From Adineta vaga (lineage: Eukaryota > Animalia > Rotifera), in the NCBI GenBank assembly GCA_021613535.1, contig CP075497.1:372001-436000 (forward strand): a stretch of 64,000 nt of DNA, read 5' to 3'. Of the stretch, positions 24,219 to 37,810 are shown piece after piece. Position numbers and translations under genes: made by a program. How positions within the stretch are numbered: the first letter of the stretch is position 1; each line of letters opens with the position of its first letter. The notes under the pieces are model-generated. The model was not told the origin of the DNA. It worked only from the letters and a program-made list of their open reading frames with translations, and did not search any database.

Positions 24219-27200
24219 ATGAACTGTCGGGTAAGTGAGGAAGATGCTGTGCTAACATGGTTAGTCGACAACAACGAACAACGCCCGCCGATAGACAGAG
24301 ACATCCTGCAAACTGTCATAGCTGACGTTCGTGTGTTTTCTGATCCGAAGGAATTTATTCAATGTCTTGCTGCCCTGTACGACGAACAAGTATTTGTCGT
24401 CCTCGACCAATGGCGCACATCAGTCTTGAATGAATTGAATGACTTCAGTTGGATTTTGTGCATCTATCTACAAGGTCCGTATGATGAGTGTGCGAATGAT
24501 AAGGTGCGTGGTTCGAACCTTGATCTGTCTGAGCTGTTTCTTCTACTGGCTCGCGATGTAACTATTTTTCGTCGTCCGTCTACTCATTTAACATATCGCG
24601 TGTCTAATAAAGAAGCTTCTTCACATTTTATTCGAGAACAAGAAGCTCGTCTTGTATGGTCTCAATTGTTGTTGCAAGCGATTCTAACTATCCCAGCACC
24701 TGAATCCAAATCAGCATATGACAATCATAAGGATGCTATCGATGAATGCTTTCGTTTTTACCAAGGCGATACGACTGAGCAGAATCGAATTCGACAGTTT
24801 GGTAGCTCCTACACTCCACCTCAAGCTATCTACTGGTACACACTCGATGCCTTTCTCTACCGCGTATTGAACCGCGCATTGAGAACACAAAATATTCTCG
24901 TCATTTATAAGTTTCGGTACATTCTTCAAGATGTCTATCGGCAATTAAAACAACTCTGGCTAGCTCAACAGGCAACGCACACCAAAGGTCAGTCGATTTG
25001 TTGGATAGACATCATTATAAGACAGTTCTTCTTCATGGCTGTCAAAAACAAAGAGTACCCATAATTTCCTACAGCCCAAGCAGACAAGGCACGCTGGAAA
25101 AGGCGTTTAAACGCTCAGTCGGGAACGCCGATTGTGACTCATTCACGCTCAAAATAAAAACGGCATTTTTAGCGTGTTTCCCGTTTTCAGCCTGACAAAT
25201 TTTCACTTTTAGAGCGTGTAAACGGCGAAAAATACAGTTTTTGAACGTAAAAATGTGCTTTTACATATGACGTTGTTCACGTTTAAAAATGATGCGTTAT
25301 ATCGCTCGAAAACTCTTTTTTTCGTCGTTTACACGCTCTAAAAGTGAAAATTTGTCAGAGTGAAAACGGAAAACACGCTAAAAACGCCGTGTTTATTTTG
25401 AGCGTGAATGGGTCACAATCGGCGTTCCCGACTGAGCATTTGAACGCCTTTTTCAACGTGCCCTGTCTGCTTGGGAGGTGGCGGCGAACGGTAATCTACC
25501 AAAACAAAAGTCTAAGACTAGGCACCGAAGCACTTTTCTGCAACTGGTCCTTCGAAGGATTTGAAGCGTTTTCGAAAGCCGTCTCTGGCGTCCAGAACTT
25601 TCTCAAGATCAACAAATGGTAGTCTTTTCAGTGATAAACGATGAGGCTTTTCAAGCGACCTTCCACCGATAGAAGCGCTGTACTGTGTTTTTTTCTCGGA
25701 ATTTCTTCAGAGGTCTCTCGAATGGTCTGTTGTTTCTGAGGGATGCGTCCCAGGTCATTCTTGCTCGGTTGAAAACAGCCCGAGTGGTTTATTTTCCGAC
25801 CCCTTCTTTGTACCCCACATCCGGCCGGATTTCACCGTGCAAATTCAGTGAATTTCCTGTCGGTTCCTGAGTGTTCCAGCATCGACCGAGACAAAACTGA
25901 TTCGAAAGTGACGGGAGTTTACCGTTGACATACGGCCGGATTTCGGTGACAAGGAAAGTACTGAAACATTACGAAACTAGCCGGGGGTGACTGAGGCCGG
26001 AAAAGGTGGACACCCAAACCTTAAGCCAATCCCCATCTCACCTTTACTCCAAACTAGAAGATGCGTTTTCAGTCACTCGACAAGTATCTGTGGAAAGAAA
26101 GCAGTTAAGAAAAACAATTGAATGGACGAAGTTCCATTGTTGCTCTCGTCGAATATTAAGAACAAAATATAAAGTAGCTGAACATGAGTTCATCTTTTCT
26201 CACAAATATGACACGCTCTAGTTAAGGGTCCGACTGATAATTCTTTGCGAGTAACAACGTGAAATGCAAAATTAGTTTCAAAAGATTTTCAGTAGAACTT
26301 TACCAAAAGGCCCTATTGGAACATCCTCTTATAACAGGACACTAGTGAGAAGTTGCATGTCAGGAGGCGCGAGAAAACGCCAGGTTTTCCCCTGCCGAGC
26401 AGCATTCCACGTGCAACAGTTCAGAGTCGAAAGAATATCAATGTGTGTATTCTGTTGAAGCAAAGATCTTTCATCGGACATCATGACTTTAACATACATC
26501 AGCCAAAAGCAATTTCACTCGCTGGTGTTATCAAACCTTCGTAGGAATTGTGAATAGCTGTCTTTTTTCGAGTCTAGATTCAACGGTTACAGTGTACCGT
26601 GGTCAACTGATTACATCCGAAGAACTAATGAATTTCAAGCAGAATATCAATGATGTGGTCTCATTAAATACGTTTTTCTCTACAACATTCGATCGTGCGC
26701 TTGCCGTCGCTTTCTCCGGACAAGGTCAACAACGGCCTCAGTTGGAATCGGTTGTATTCGAGATCATCTTGGGCAATTCGTCGGTCGAATCCAATGATGA
26801 AAGTCCGTTTGCTGATATCTCTCATTTGAGCTCGATGGCATCAGAAGGAGAAGTGCTATTATCCATGGGTAGTATCATGCGTATAGAATCGGTGCACAGC
26901 GACGTGATTAACCATGTCGAATGGATTCGTTTGCGTTCCTGCTCCTATAGCAATCCTCGCTTGGCTGGTCTGAAAGGGTTCGCCCAACAGTACGTGTCAG
27001 GTTTACAGAATCATGAACTGGGATTAATCATCCTCCTGGCTTTGCTTCTCGACGCGATGGGCGAGCGTGAGAAATATGTTAGCATGGTTGAGTTGGCTAA
27101 GAGACGAAAAGCAGAAATAGGCATTATAGATCCAGCTTTCGATGTTTTGCTTAGTTGCGTTCAGTTGAAAATCTCCTCGAGTGCATTGGACGAGTATCAA

Positions 27201-28025
27201 CGTTGGGATGAAATAATTGACAACTCAAGCGTCTGGCAAAGACAGCAGTTTCCTGGGTCATCAACCATCGATATGATTGATTTTACGAAAAAAGCGCAAT
27301 CTTTTTTCATGAAATATAACCAACTCATGGATTCAATTCGATTATCGCCAGGTCAAGACCGGGATACAGCAGATTTTACTCGTGACATCAGCAGTTTTCT
27401 AGAGAAAACCCTCCCAACAGTTCTCAATTTCCCCGACGGTCATCCGCTGCGCGTACAATTCATAGCACTTTCGGGTATGCTCAGATTAATAACTGACCAA
27501 ATATCAGGACGAAATGAAGAGCTCGAAGCAGCGTTAAATCTTTTGAATATTGACGGAAGTCCTCATCATCCTTTACGCCACGACATCTTGAGGGGTCTGG
27601 CTTTGCAAGCAGAAAAGGTCGGCGATGAAGAGAAAGCACTCGACTTGTACATACAGGCGCTTGATATTCCCAATCCGTCGGTACTGAAAAACGCCGAGAA
27701 TCGCGCGGAGACGAGTTTACAAATCGCACATTTGCTGGAAAAACGAGGTAACATCGAGTGTGCTGAAGAGTTCTGTACAAACGTCATAAACATGCCTGAA
27801 CTTCCTCCATCTTCTTGGTACATAAGGAGAGCACTTTCTCAACGCATTTGTCTGTATAACGACCAAAAGCGGTGGAGTGCAGCGTTAGCTGATTGTTTTT
27901 CTTTGAAGGATTTCTTAGAGAAATATCCTCAGTCTACGAATGAACACGCTCTACCGCACATAAATAACTATAATATTATGCTACTCATGCAGAAAATGTC
28001 ACGAGAATCAGAAGACGACACATAA
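24219..28025 (+). CDS. ADP-ribosyltransferase-TPR protein, two exons
   Basis: Exon 1 24219-~24988 (WYTLDAFLYRVLNRALR); exon 2 ~26579-28025 with VYRGQ, FFSTT, SEGE and TPR-like helices; AATAAA near 28061. Confidence 0.85.
25075..25475. mobile_element. Foldback MITE in intron
   Basis: ~155-bp near-perfect inverted arms starting CCCAAGCAGACA and ending TGTCTGCTTGGG; 2-bp AG on both sides. Confidence 0.9.
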
Positions 28026-28090
28026 TTGTACGTTATTTCATCCTCCTAATATCTTCGTTCAATAAATATATGCCAACTCAGCCGCTGGAA

Positions 28091-28157
28091 TGAGGGGTGG
28101 GGTGGGTCTGGATTAATATGCAAAAGGAACACAATTCTCTTACCCCACACCCTCGAG
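28091..28157. repeat. Telomere-like palindromic linker S7
   Basis: TGAGGGGTGGGGTGGGTCT...CTCTTACCCCACACCCTCGAG between two convergent 3' ends. Confidence 0.8.
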
Positions 28158-28598
28158 CCTACCCAGGCCTCGTGGCTCCATCGTCGACAAAATGAAATTG
28201 TTTGATTTTGCTAGAAATAGACTTCTGACACCTGACATGATAAAATTGAAAGTGCAAAATCAGATTTTAGCAGGGCGCCGTTTTTTACTCTTAATGCCCT
28301 CTTCCCTCCTATATATTTTGACTCCAGTATCATCGATCAATTATTAGCAATATAGTTGATCTAAAATATGTCGATAAAGTTTATTGTCGAAGTTATAAGT
28401 TTCTCAAAATTGTTCATGATGCTATAACTTCGTTGAACAGTGTAACTTTACCACGACATATACATATTAGTTCAATAGTAGTTTTTAAAATACGGTTTTG
28501 TTAAAGTAATCGATAATGAGCAGATCAAATTCAGTCGAGCATCAAGCGAGTTCTATCTCAACGAACGTCACTTATTATTAATACATCGTATATAAACA

Positions 28599-31500
28599 TC
28601 AATTGTTATGAATATTTGGAAAAAGTTCGATTTCTAATTGAAATGCCTTCTTGGTATTTCTTATCCATCTTCCACATAGAAATATCCATGTTTGATCACG
28701 TTTCGATATATAAATTTCTACACGATCCAACAACCAATCTGATAACAAATCTAAATTAGCATAACCAATTCTGAATTTAAAAAAACAAAAAATAAATATT
28801 TAATTATTTGAAAAAAAAAGATTCTTCATACTTAATCTTTGTTGGTTGACCAATATCGATAGTTTCAATTTCAAAAATATCTGTCTGACCTTTTTTGAAT
28901 GGATTTTCATACGTTTTTGATATTGTTAATGAAATTTGATCTATTATTTAAAAAAAAATCTTGGTTTTAAATAAAATAAAATAAATCAATCGAACTTGTA
29001 TGACTACTTTCACCAAATATAACAATAGAAACATCGGTATTTGTATCACCATCGAATTTATCATCCGAAGTGACAACACGAATTTGATAAGTAGTATATA
29101 ATGCTAAATTGAAATAAAATGAAGAATAAAAAAGTATGGAAATAAAAAATTTACTTTTCATTTGTTCATCATAATTAAATGATAACTGAGATATGATTGG
29201 TAAATCTAATTTTCTATTTCCAAAAGGATATATCTCTCGGCAAATCTTAGAATCTCCTTTGTCTTTTGATAACCATCTGTCATGTGGAAAATAATATCTT
29301 AAAAAGAAAAAGAAATTAAATCTATTAAATAATTATTTCTAATTCTTATCTTTACTTTTGATGTGCATTATAATCATAGATTTCAACACTGAAAAGATAC
29401 CATCCAGGACCAAACTAAAACAACAAATCAAAATATGTATATATATGCGAAAGATTTTATGTAAGAATAAACATGAAGGTTTTACTTCATTTTAGCAATG
29501 ATTTTTCAATATTTTATAATCATAAAAATTTGTCATATCGATTTTAGAAAAGTGTGAATGACGCCAAGGGAGAAACAGCGGAGATTTTATATTCGACATC
29601 TCGATTGTTTTTCCCTTGATTGACACACATAAATGTTAATCCGATAATCAGAGATTTCAGCAATTACATCACTGTGTCGTAGATTATTATAAGAAAGATA
29701 ATATAAATGAGAATCTAATAATCTTACTCCTGAATTATCATGTCGAATTTGAATTTTTCTTAATGTTCCTAATGAATTAATATGCATGTGGAAAACATCT
29801 GTCTATAAAAAATTAATAAGAAAAGAAATTTTTAAGACAATTAAATAAACTTCTGTTTGTTCAAATTTATTTTTATTTGTTTCCGATTTAACTAATTGGT
29901 GTTCGCCTAGAACAAAAAAAATAATTTGATCAATTATTATTAATTGATATTCTGTTCTCTACCTGAATTTTCTTTGTCACCATAAATTATTAAAAATACC
30001 CTCGCATCTGTACCAGATCTGTCTTTGTCACCAGTGACAACTGTTATTTTATATAAAGTCACTAAAACAAAAATGTTTCACGATTAATTTCATTAAAATA
30101 TGAAATGACTAGCGGAAGTATCCGATGTTATGATCTCCTATAAGCTACTGATCTTGGACGTCGTAAAATGCGCTCGAATTTCACTTAATGATCATCTTTT
30201 TTTTTTGTTTTGCTATTTTGGTATTACCACTCTGAAAAATCCTTTAAGTGTGCGGTTTCAATCAAGATATGCGTGAGATCGGTCTTTCCCGGTTCCGATT
30301 CCGATCCTGTTTCTAATCTAGTCCTGAATTTATCCAGGATAGACTATTACGATACCATCTCACATTCATCTCGGTCCTAATTACATCCTGATTTCATAAT
30401 CTTGTCCCAGTCCTATTCCGATCCCGCTACTGTCGTGGTTCTATGTACGTTCTAGTCAAAGAGAGAGCTTGGTCCCATTTCAGGTCCCGGATGCATTTTG
30501 ACTATCTCTATTTGAATCATTTCTACATTGTTTTAAAAGGAAAAAATCTCTGTGTAAAACTTTGTTAAAAACTTGACTAAAGAAATATCACTAAGTATTA
30601 AACTATATGCTAGAATTCGATCGATCAACACATAGAAAAGTCAATCTTGGATGCACTTCCATACCGTGGGATATCTTGTATGCAATCGTGAGAATCTCAG
30701 TTTTTTTTCTCCGTTCGTTCTCGACTTACTGACAAAACAAATGCCTGCTCGGACTTTTCGGATAGGAAATATATTTTGATACTTCCATAATGAGATCACA
30801 TAGCATGTCGGTCGTAGAAACTTTCAACCAGGCAGTAGCTCTTGATCCAAGGATAGCACAATAAAAAAAGTGGTGAAAATTGCAGTATATTGTAATCTGG
30901 GTGGAATTTCACCGAACCCTCTCCCCATTCTTCTCTGACTCGCCAATCCTGTCTCAATTTCCCTCTAGACCAAGGATTATGTCATGGAAAGTTTAGTGGC
31001 GCTAGCCATCACCGAGACCAAATGCACAAAAAACAGACGACAAACATTCTTATTTATATCTTCTATATATATATATAGATTAATTTGAATTGAAGATTTA
31101 TTCTGTAATTTTTCTATTTACTAGTAACAGGTGCTCCAGTAACACCAGAAAGCGTTAGTTGACGTACGATTTCACCATCATCTTTATCTCTATCTAACCA
31201 ACGATAACAAGGAAATCTGTAAAAGAAAAGAAAATCATTCGAAATAATAAAAACTTTTCCGAATAAATCTAACCTATAAATTTCATTACGCATTGATATA
31301 TCAATTTCTATCCAATCTAAAAACCATCCTGCACCGGGATTCTCTTCATTATGCCCAATAATTGCAGATGTAATCTATAGAAATAATTTATAAATAATTT
31401 GAAGAAGAAGAAAAAAAACAAACGTTGCCAAGGTAATCAAATTCATATGTAAATTCATTGATTCGTCCTTTTTGAAATTTGTTTGGTGTATAATCAACTG

Positions 31501-33031
31501 ATTCAAGTTGAATTTTATCTGTAGAATTGTTTCCACCAAAAATTTGTAAATATACATCAGCATCAGTTCCTGCTTGAAATTCATCACCAGTTTGTATTCG
31601 AATATTATAAATTGTTTTGTTTGAATGTTGTCCCTGTGGACCAAGATTTACTTGAAGAGTTCCATTATATAATGTTGATCCAAAAAGATCAGTTGCTTCA
31701 TCTAATTGGCTCGTATTAATAATACAATTAATAAATTTCGAATAACGTAATGATGCGTTGTTAAAAATAGTATCGTCTAATTTAACATTTATAAAAATAC
31801 AATAAACACATTTAATAAAACTCAAATTTGCATTGATCATATCGGAATTATTAAATGTAACGTTGTATAATATAGCATTACTAAAATCAATTGTATTTAA
31901 TGTTGTATTTTGAAATATTGATTCTTGAATGATACTTTTTATAAAAGAACAATTTTTCATTGTTGCTTTAGTAAATATACTGTTTCTGATAGTTACTTGT
32001 GATAATTGAGCTTTAGATAAATCGGAATTTTGAAAGTTTATTGATCGAAAATATGATCCATAAAAAATTGCTTGTTTTAATTTTATAGCAGTGAAGTCAA
32101 GAAGTGATTGATCAAGATGAAAACTATGATAAAAGTAAGAAAAACTTAAATCAGCTTGAAATAATATTGCATGAGAAAATGTACACATTTCACAAGAGAG
32201 TCTGCGCATATTGGCAAATGTTGAATTAGCATGAGAAAAATCAGTATAACGGAATTTAGCATTGTGCATATTAGCTTTAACTAATGAAGCACTGGTAAAA
32301 TCTGTTCCAGCATCACGAAAACCATCGAAACATGCTGACACTGGTTGAATAGCAAAGCTGAGATCCACTAAATCCATATGAGCTCGAGTAAAAGTAGAAC
32401 ATTCTAATTTTGTATGACGAAATGATACATTTGTTAGAATAGCATCTGGTAACCAAAGATATTTCCAATGAATGTAATGATGCAATGGATATTCATCTGA
32501 TGAATTGAATGGTGAACCGAGCATAATGTCTTTTAAATCGACGGATGCAAGTGTTAAAGCACTTGGATAATTTTTGTTGGTATTTTGTTTAAAATTAATT
32601 AATTCTGCATCATGAAGACTTCGAATAAGTATACTTTTGCGTCTTATATCCAATTGATGTAATGCAGTAAGTGTCTTAAAGCGTAAAACGACTTTTGTAT
32701 TTGACGATTCCTCTAAATTCTTACCATGTCCAAGTATTAAACTGGAAAGAAAAGTTTGATATTTGACAAGAATATCTTCTTGTTGTTGATCAGTAGCAAG
32801 ATCACGATCTTTCTGTTGACTTTGTTGTGCTAAGTCAAGTTCAGATCTTCGATTATTATTAGCGATTTCGATGTCTTTACGACTGTTATCAGCAGCAATT
32901 GATACATTACTATTATTTTCAATAATTGTATATATCGCAATTATAATTGGAATACTTATTGTTGCGATCAACTGAGTCCATTCAAACCAAGAATGTCCTC
33001 TTTTTCTAATAATATCTGGACGATCAGTCAT
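28599..33031 (-). CDS. N-terminal TM, pentapeptide repeats and about three PLAT/LH2 domains, multi-exon
   Basis: Exon 1 ORF 31388..33031 with A(D/N)LS/FxxA pentapeptides, then YNIRIQTGD...GTDADVY; later small exons with VTGDKDRSGTDARVF, IRHDNSG, RVVTSD; stop at 28599. Confidence 0.8.
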
Positions 33032-33326
33032 TTTCGTTATTGTAGACTAAAATGAACTTTGATCAAATTCGATTGATATAATCTCAAAAATACTCTTATT
33101 TTATCTTCTATGTTTAACTAATAACTGATAATAAATGTTAAATATATATATATATATATATGACATATCGTTTTGTTTTCGAACATCTGTGACTCTGTCA
33201 AACTGTCAAACATTCTATTTCGACAAGATAAACTCAAATATGATCACGCTGTAATTCATTCATTGGCCGTTTTAGTTTTACCTGATATATTATTTAAAAT
33301 TTTTATTTTTAAATTAATTCAATCCT

Positions 33327-33370
33327 AGGGTGTGAGTGTGAACAGCTACCATAATCCGGATTTCATCCCA
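33327..33370. repeat. Degenerate or half linker S8
   Basis: AGGGTGTGAGTGTGA with only a weak C-rich partner, about 300 bp upstream of the PLAT gene start. Confidence 0.4.
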
Positions 33371-34589
33371 ATTATAGAAAGAATCATTGGGTGGTAAGGG
33401 TAAATATGCATAATAGATAAAAATTAAAACTAAATTGAAAAGATTGTAATCGATGAAATCAAGGTTACAAAAGGAGAAACTATAAATGATATAGTATTAA
33501 TGCGAAAATAGAATTAAGTCAACTAAATAGAAAGTGAAACAAAGAATATTTTGAATAAACTTTACATTGTTAAGTGTTGGATCAGTAGTATATGGTATAT
33601 CATATTAATGTTTAGAAGAATATGTTATTCAGAAGTACTTTTTTTTATTAGACAGTGAAAACTATGGAAGTCATTTAGAATAAATGATTCGTGTTCTCAT
33701 TTGATTTGTTAAGTACATTTTGTGCTATGTTAGTTTTCTCCTGGATAACAAAGAAATCTAATAAGAAAGACTGAATGATAATAATACGAACAAAACGAAA
33801 GTTGGATGGTTTCGAGGGTGAGTGCGACGACTGTTTCTGTATGTTGTTTATGAGTGATGACCATATTGAAGTATATCTTCAACTTTTGATCACTCATATA
33901 TTCGACACGTTTTATCATGTGCACTCATCTAGTTTCAATGGTATTCATTACTATGATCTTATGTTTTCGGATGAATCATTGTCATTGTTCTCATTAAACG
34001 CATATTTTTGTTTCTCATCATGTAATTACAAGTTTCATAAAGTTGTTGGTCATTTCGCGACCAGTTATGAAACTCTGATTAATAATATTATGTTTTAGTT
34101 GCTTCATTTTCTGAAGTTGAGAAGAGTAAGAATTAGGTAATGTATTTGCTAGTGGTAATTGTTTTGATGTAAGGCGACGCTCTAATATTGCAATTTCTTT
34201 ATCCGTTATTGTTTGCTCTGTTGTAACTTTCCATATGTGTCTTGCTGAGATAATCTAACAGAAAAATTTCATTTGATATAAATAACGATAGCAGAAGAAA
34301 AGGACAATAGAATCTATTCGAACCTGTGTTTTTCTTGGCTTTAAATCGAAAAATGCTTTGACTAAATGATGATCAGTTGCATCTAATATATTTAAATTAA
34401 TTAATAAAACTTTACGAACAGAAGATGTTGAAGTAATTAAATACATTTCGTGTTTATCTTATTGATTTATGTTCTCAATTAGAAGTTAATCATTTACTTT
34501 TTTATTGAGAAATAAAATATAGAAAAGTTGAAATTCAACATTTCAACAATAGTATTATGGTCATCTTATATTAGCAAATAGATTTCTTT

Positions 34590-35300
34590 TGTAGCTGATA
34601 TTTCAGACGAAAGTTATTATCCAATAGAAGAAGAAGAAGAAGAATGGTTATTTGATTTTGAAACAGTTTTTTTTAAGTTTAAAATATGTTGGATATGTGA
34701 AATAATTTCATAAAATAAAGATTCAGAAATAACAAAAGAATATGTTGAATTTCAAATAAATAAATAAATAAATATATTCATTTGATTTATGTATTAAAAT
34801 TGGATCTTCTTCTAAAAAATCTTCTCAAATATTGGCTGATATGGATTACATAGATGATTGTCAAGGAAAATTTCATATTATTTTAGATTATTATTATTTC
34901 AGAAGGATTAAAACGAATTAAAAATCTATTTTTGATCTTTTAAACAAAGTTGATCTTCTAGATTATAGCAAAGAACAAGATAATCTATCTCTTGAATATT
35001 ATAATAATATGTGTATGATTCATTATTATAGATTTATTAAATTTTGATTTAGCTTTAAATTATTTCAATCAAACACTTCTTATATATAAAAAAAAGCGTT
35101 TAAAAATAAGCGACACCGTGATATAGCGAAATGTTTAGATCATTATTAGACAAGTTTATTATAAGAAGGATATGATGATATATGTTTAAATTATTATTAT
35201 GAAATATTATATATATGAAAGAATGTTTTTACCACATACTCATCCAGATTTTTCAAAAGATGCTGCGCTCATTTTACTCAAGTGCTTTGGAAAGATAGTA
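34590..35300 (+). pseudogene. Decayed ART-TPR remnant
   Basis: Reads ADISDESYYPIEEEEEEWLFDFETVF, then frameshifted TPR-like text and LPHTHPD. Confidence 0.55.
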
Positions 35301-35517
35301 AAAAAATACATGTTGTTGCACATTTTTTACTTTCGGAAAATGATCGAAGTCAATTTGAAGATAATGCTCTCCTTGCTAAATACTAATTTCTTGTAACGCA
35401 AATCACTTCTGTTTCTCATGAAGTCAGTTTATATTCGAGTAATCGTTTCTATCAGTCTAAACTCAGTAATACATGTGTCGTCATCCGTTACACTCATTTA
35501 ACTTGTATGCAATTAAA

Positions 35518-35772
35518 CGTTCTGTATCTATTTTAAACCCTCATGATGAAAAACTTTTGTTTTGAATGCATATTGTAATCGATAATACAATGGATAGTGA
35601 AAACAAATGGTTGAATATTGCGTATGATGGTGATTCTTATTATGTGCACCCTCGCGTTCTGTATCTATTTTAGACCATCATGATGAAAAACTTTTGTTTT
35701 GAATGCATATTGTAATCGATAATACAATGGATAGTAAAAACAAATGAATGACACAATTGGTTGAATATTGAG
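35518..35772. repeat. Tandem duplication, period about 137 bp
   Basis: CGTTCTGTATCTATTTTA...CAATGGATAGT at 35518 and 35655. Confidence 0.85.
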
Positions 35773-35867
35773 TGTAATACTTCAAGTATGGCTGTGCGAC
35801 GAAAGTAAGAGCGTATATATATATATATACGGATTGATGGTAAGATAACGAAGTTATTATTCGAAAT

Positions 35868-36279
35868 AACTTCTGTTATTTATATATCTCTGCAATCACG
35901 TAAGTAATATTAACAAGTAAATAGTCATTTTAAAGAACATTCAAAACTATGCTTAGAGTATAATAGTGAAGGTGATATCTGAAGAAATAAGAGAGTTATG
36001 AAAGTGAGAATATTATGCATCTTCTTTTAGAGAAATTTGTTACATTTTTTGCAGCAATCTTTGCAATACATGTTTAGACTTTTTTCTGATCTATAGTTTT
36101 TCTACAAAAATTTCTCCTAAGAGAAGATGTATAATATTCTCACGTTCACATCTTTCTTATTTCTTCAGATATCACCTTCACTTTTATACTATAAGCATAG
36201 TTTTGAATGCTCTTTAAAATGACTATTTACTTGTTGATATTACTTACGTGATTGCAGAGATATATAAATAACAAAAGTT
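35868..36279. repeat. Long AT-rich inverted repeat (~170-bp arms)
   Basis: TATATATCTCTGCAATCACGTAAGTAATAT... mirrored by ...ATATTACTTACGTGATTGCAGAGATATATA. Confidence 0.9.
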
Positions 36280-36432
36280 CTGTGAATATTTGTACATACA
36301 TTATAATTGTAAGACAGAATGATAATATGTAAAAGCTATCCTTCCTTATAAATATCGACAGATATGAGTGTTCATACAAAATAAAATTCATTATTTTTTC
36401 AGATAGTATAATATACAAAGCAAACTTCGACC

Positions 36433-36795
36433 ATGAAAGTACAGTGTTTTTTGATCGTGATGATTGCAATGGCTTTTCTTTTTGGAAGTCTGGTTGACGC
36501 TCGTAGTAAGTCTAATAGATCGTAGGATTTTACATCGATGTCGAATGTTTTTATTTGTCTAGGTGCTGAGTTTATGAAAAGATCGATTGCTGACGAACAT
36601 GTTGATGGTGCTGGAAAGGATTTGACTAGTTTTAAGCAAGCTTTGATGGAATCAAGCAAAGTTCGTCGTAAACGAGATTGTCAAGCAGACATAGCAGCTT
36701 GTTACGATAGATGTGATTATCCATGTCTATGGATAGGCTGTACTGCAGCTGGTCTCGGATGTCAACTAGGCTGTCAAAGTGCTTATCACTGTTAG
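36433..36795 (+). CDS. Secreted prepropeptide with 39-aa, 8-Cys mature peptide
   Basis: Exon 1 36433-36505 signal peptide MKVQCFLIVMIAMAFLFGSLVDA; GT-AG intron 36506-36562; RRKR site, then DCQADIAACYDRCDYPCLWIGCTAAGLGCQLGCQSAYHC. Confidence 0.85.
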
Positions 36796-37324
36796 ATGAA
36801 AGACATTTTCGTAGCTATAGTGTTTAAAAGGTTTCATATTTTTTTATGTAGCTAGCTATATTTCTACACAATAAGGCCCTTTCCATATTTATACATGATG
36901 TATGTGTGTTCCTTTTTCATCTTGTTATTTTCCTTTATATGCATATATATATACTTATACACGCGTTTCTTTTCTCTCTCTTTTAATTTACCTTGTTGAT
37001 TTCTTTCAATAAAAACTTCATCTAAATAAATAACATTTACTTATTTATTCACGACAATCACGTACCGTGATAGCTTTTTATAATAAAATATGATTCATCA
37101 TTCTTACTGATAAATCAGAAGATATTGAGAGTAATTAACTTGACATAGAAATCAAATAAAATCAAAATAAAGTATTCCCATATATCGGAAATGAGATTCG
37201 GTTTAAATAATAGAAAAGAAGTTTTTGAAACGGCATGCACGATTCTCTCTTGAATTCTATGTTATTAGAAATCAATTTTATATAACTATTTCTTGCGACA
37301 ATTGTATTGACAATATTCAACACA

Positions 37325-37366
37325 AGGGTGTGGGTACTACATCTATCCAACACCCACACCCACCCT
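37325..37366. repeat. Telomere-like palindromic linker S9 (family B)
   Basis: AGGGTGTGG-GTACTACATCTATCCAACAC-CCACACCCACCCT. Confidence 0.9.
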
Positions 37367-37810
37367 GATATATCTTTAATTATAGTTGAACTTTCAAAGC
37401 ACACATTGTATAAATTCAAATGTTTGATATTTGACCAATTGATCATTTTTAAAAGACATTTTACATGTACATTTGTCATTTCGTATTTTTTTCCAATCCA
37501 TGATCCGTCGTCATTGCTGAAAATTCTTAATGAAATGACATTAGGAAAATAAAAGTGATTGTTCTGTTTCAATCCATCGTCGGAACAATCGTTAAATCTG
37601 TTATATTATTAAATGGAATTACGTGTTTTATTGACTCATTATCATGGTTCCTGGTCTCTCCTGTGCATATAAATGTATGAAATGGATATGGTATTGTACA
37701 AATTGATTTTGATTTTGATTTTGGGAAGATAAAATAATCTTTGCACCAAAAATCACTTTGAAATCCTTTGAATATTTCAATAATTTTATCAAAATTTTGT
37801 TCATATAGGA
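37367..37810 (-). pseudogene. Fragment of F-box/LRR-like orphan family, ends at S9
   Basis: FQSDFW...ICTIPYPF...NITDL, then frameshifted YFPNVISL...NIKHLNL. Confidence 0.55.

Noticed and set aside
25344-26544. Short ORFs in the ART-TPR intron, plus antisense ORFs over the HEAT repeats and ORFs at 439-817
   Set aside because: They are by-products of GC-richer MITEs or shadows of real genes, with no protein motifs.
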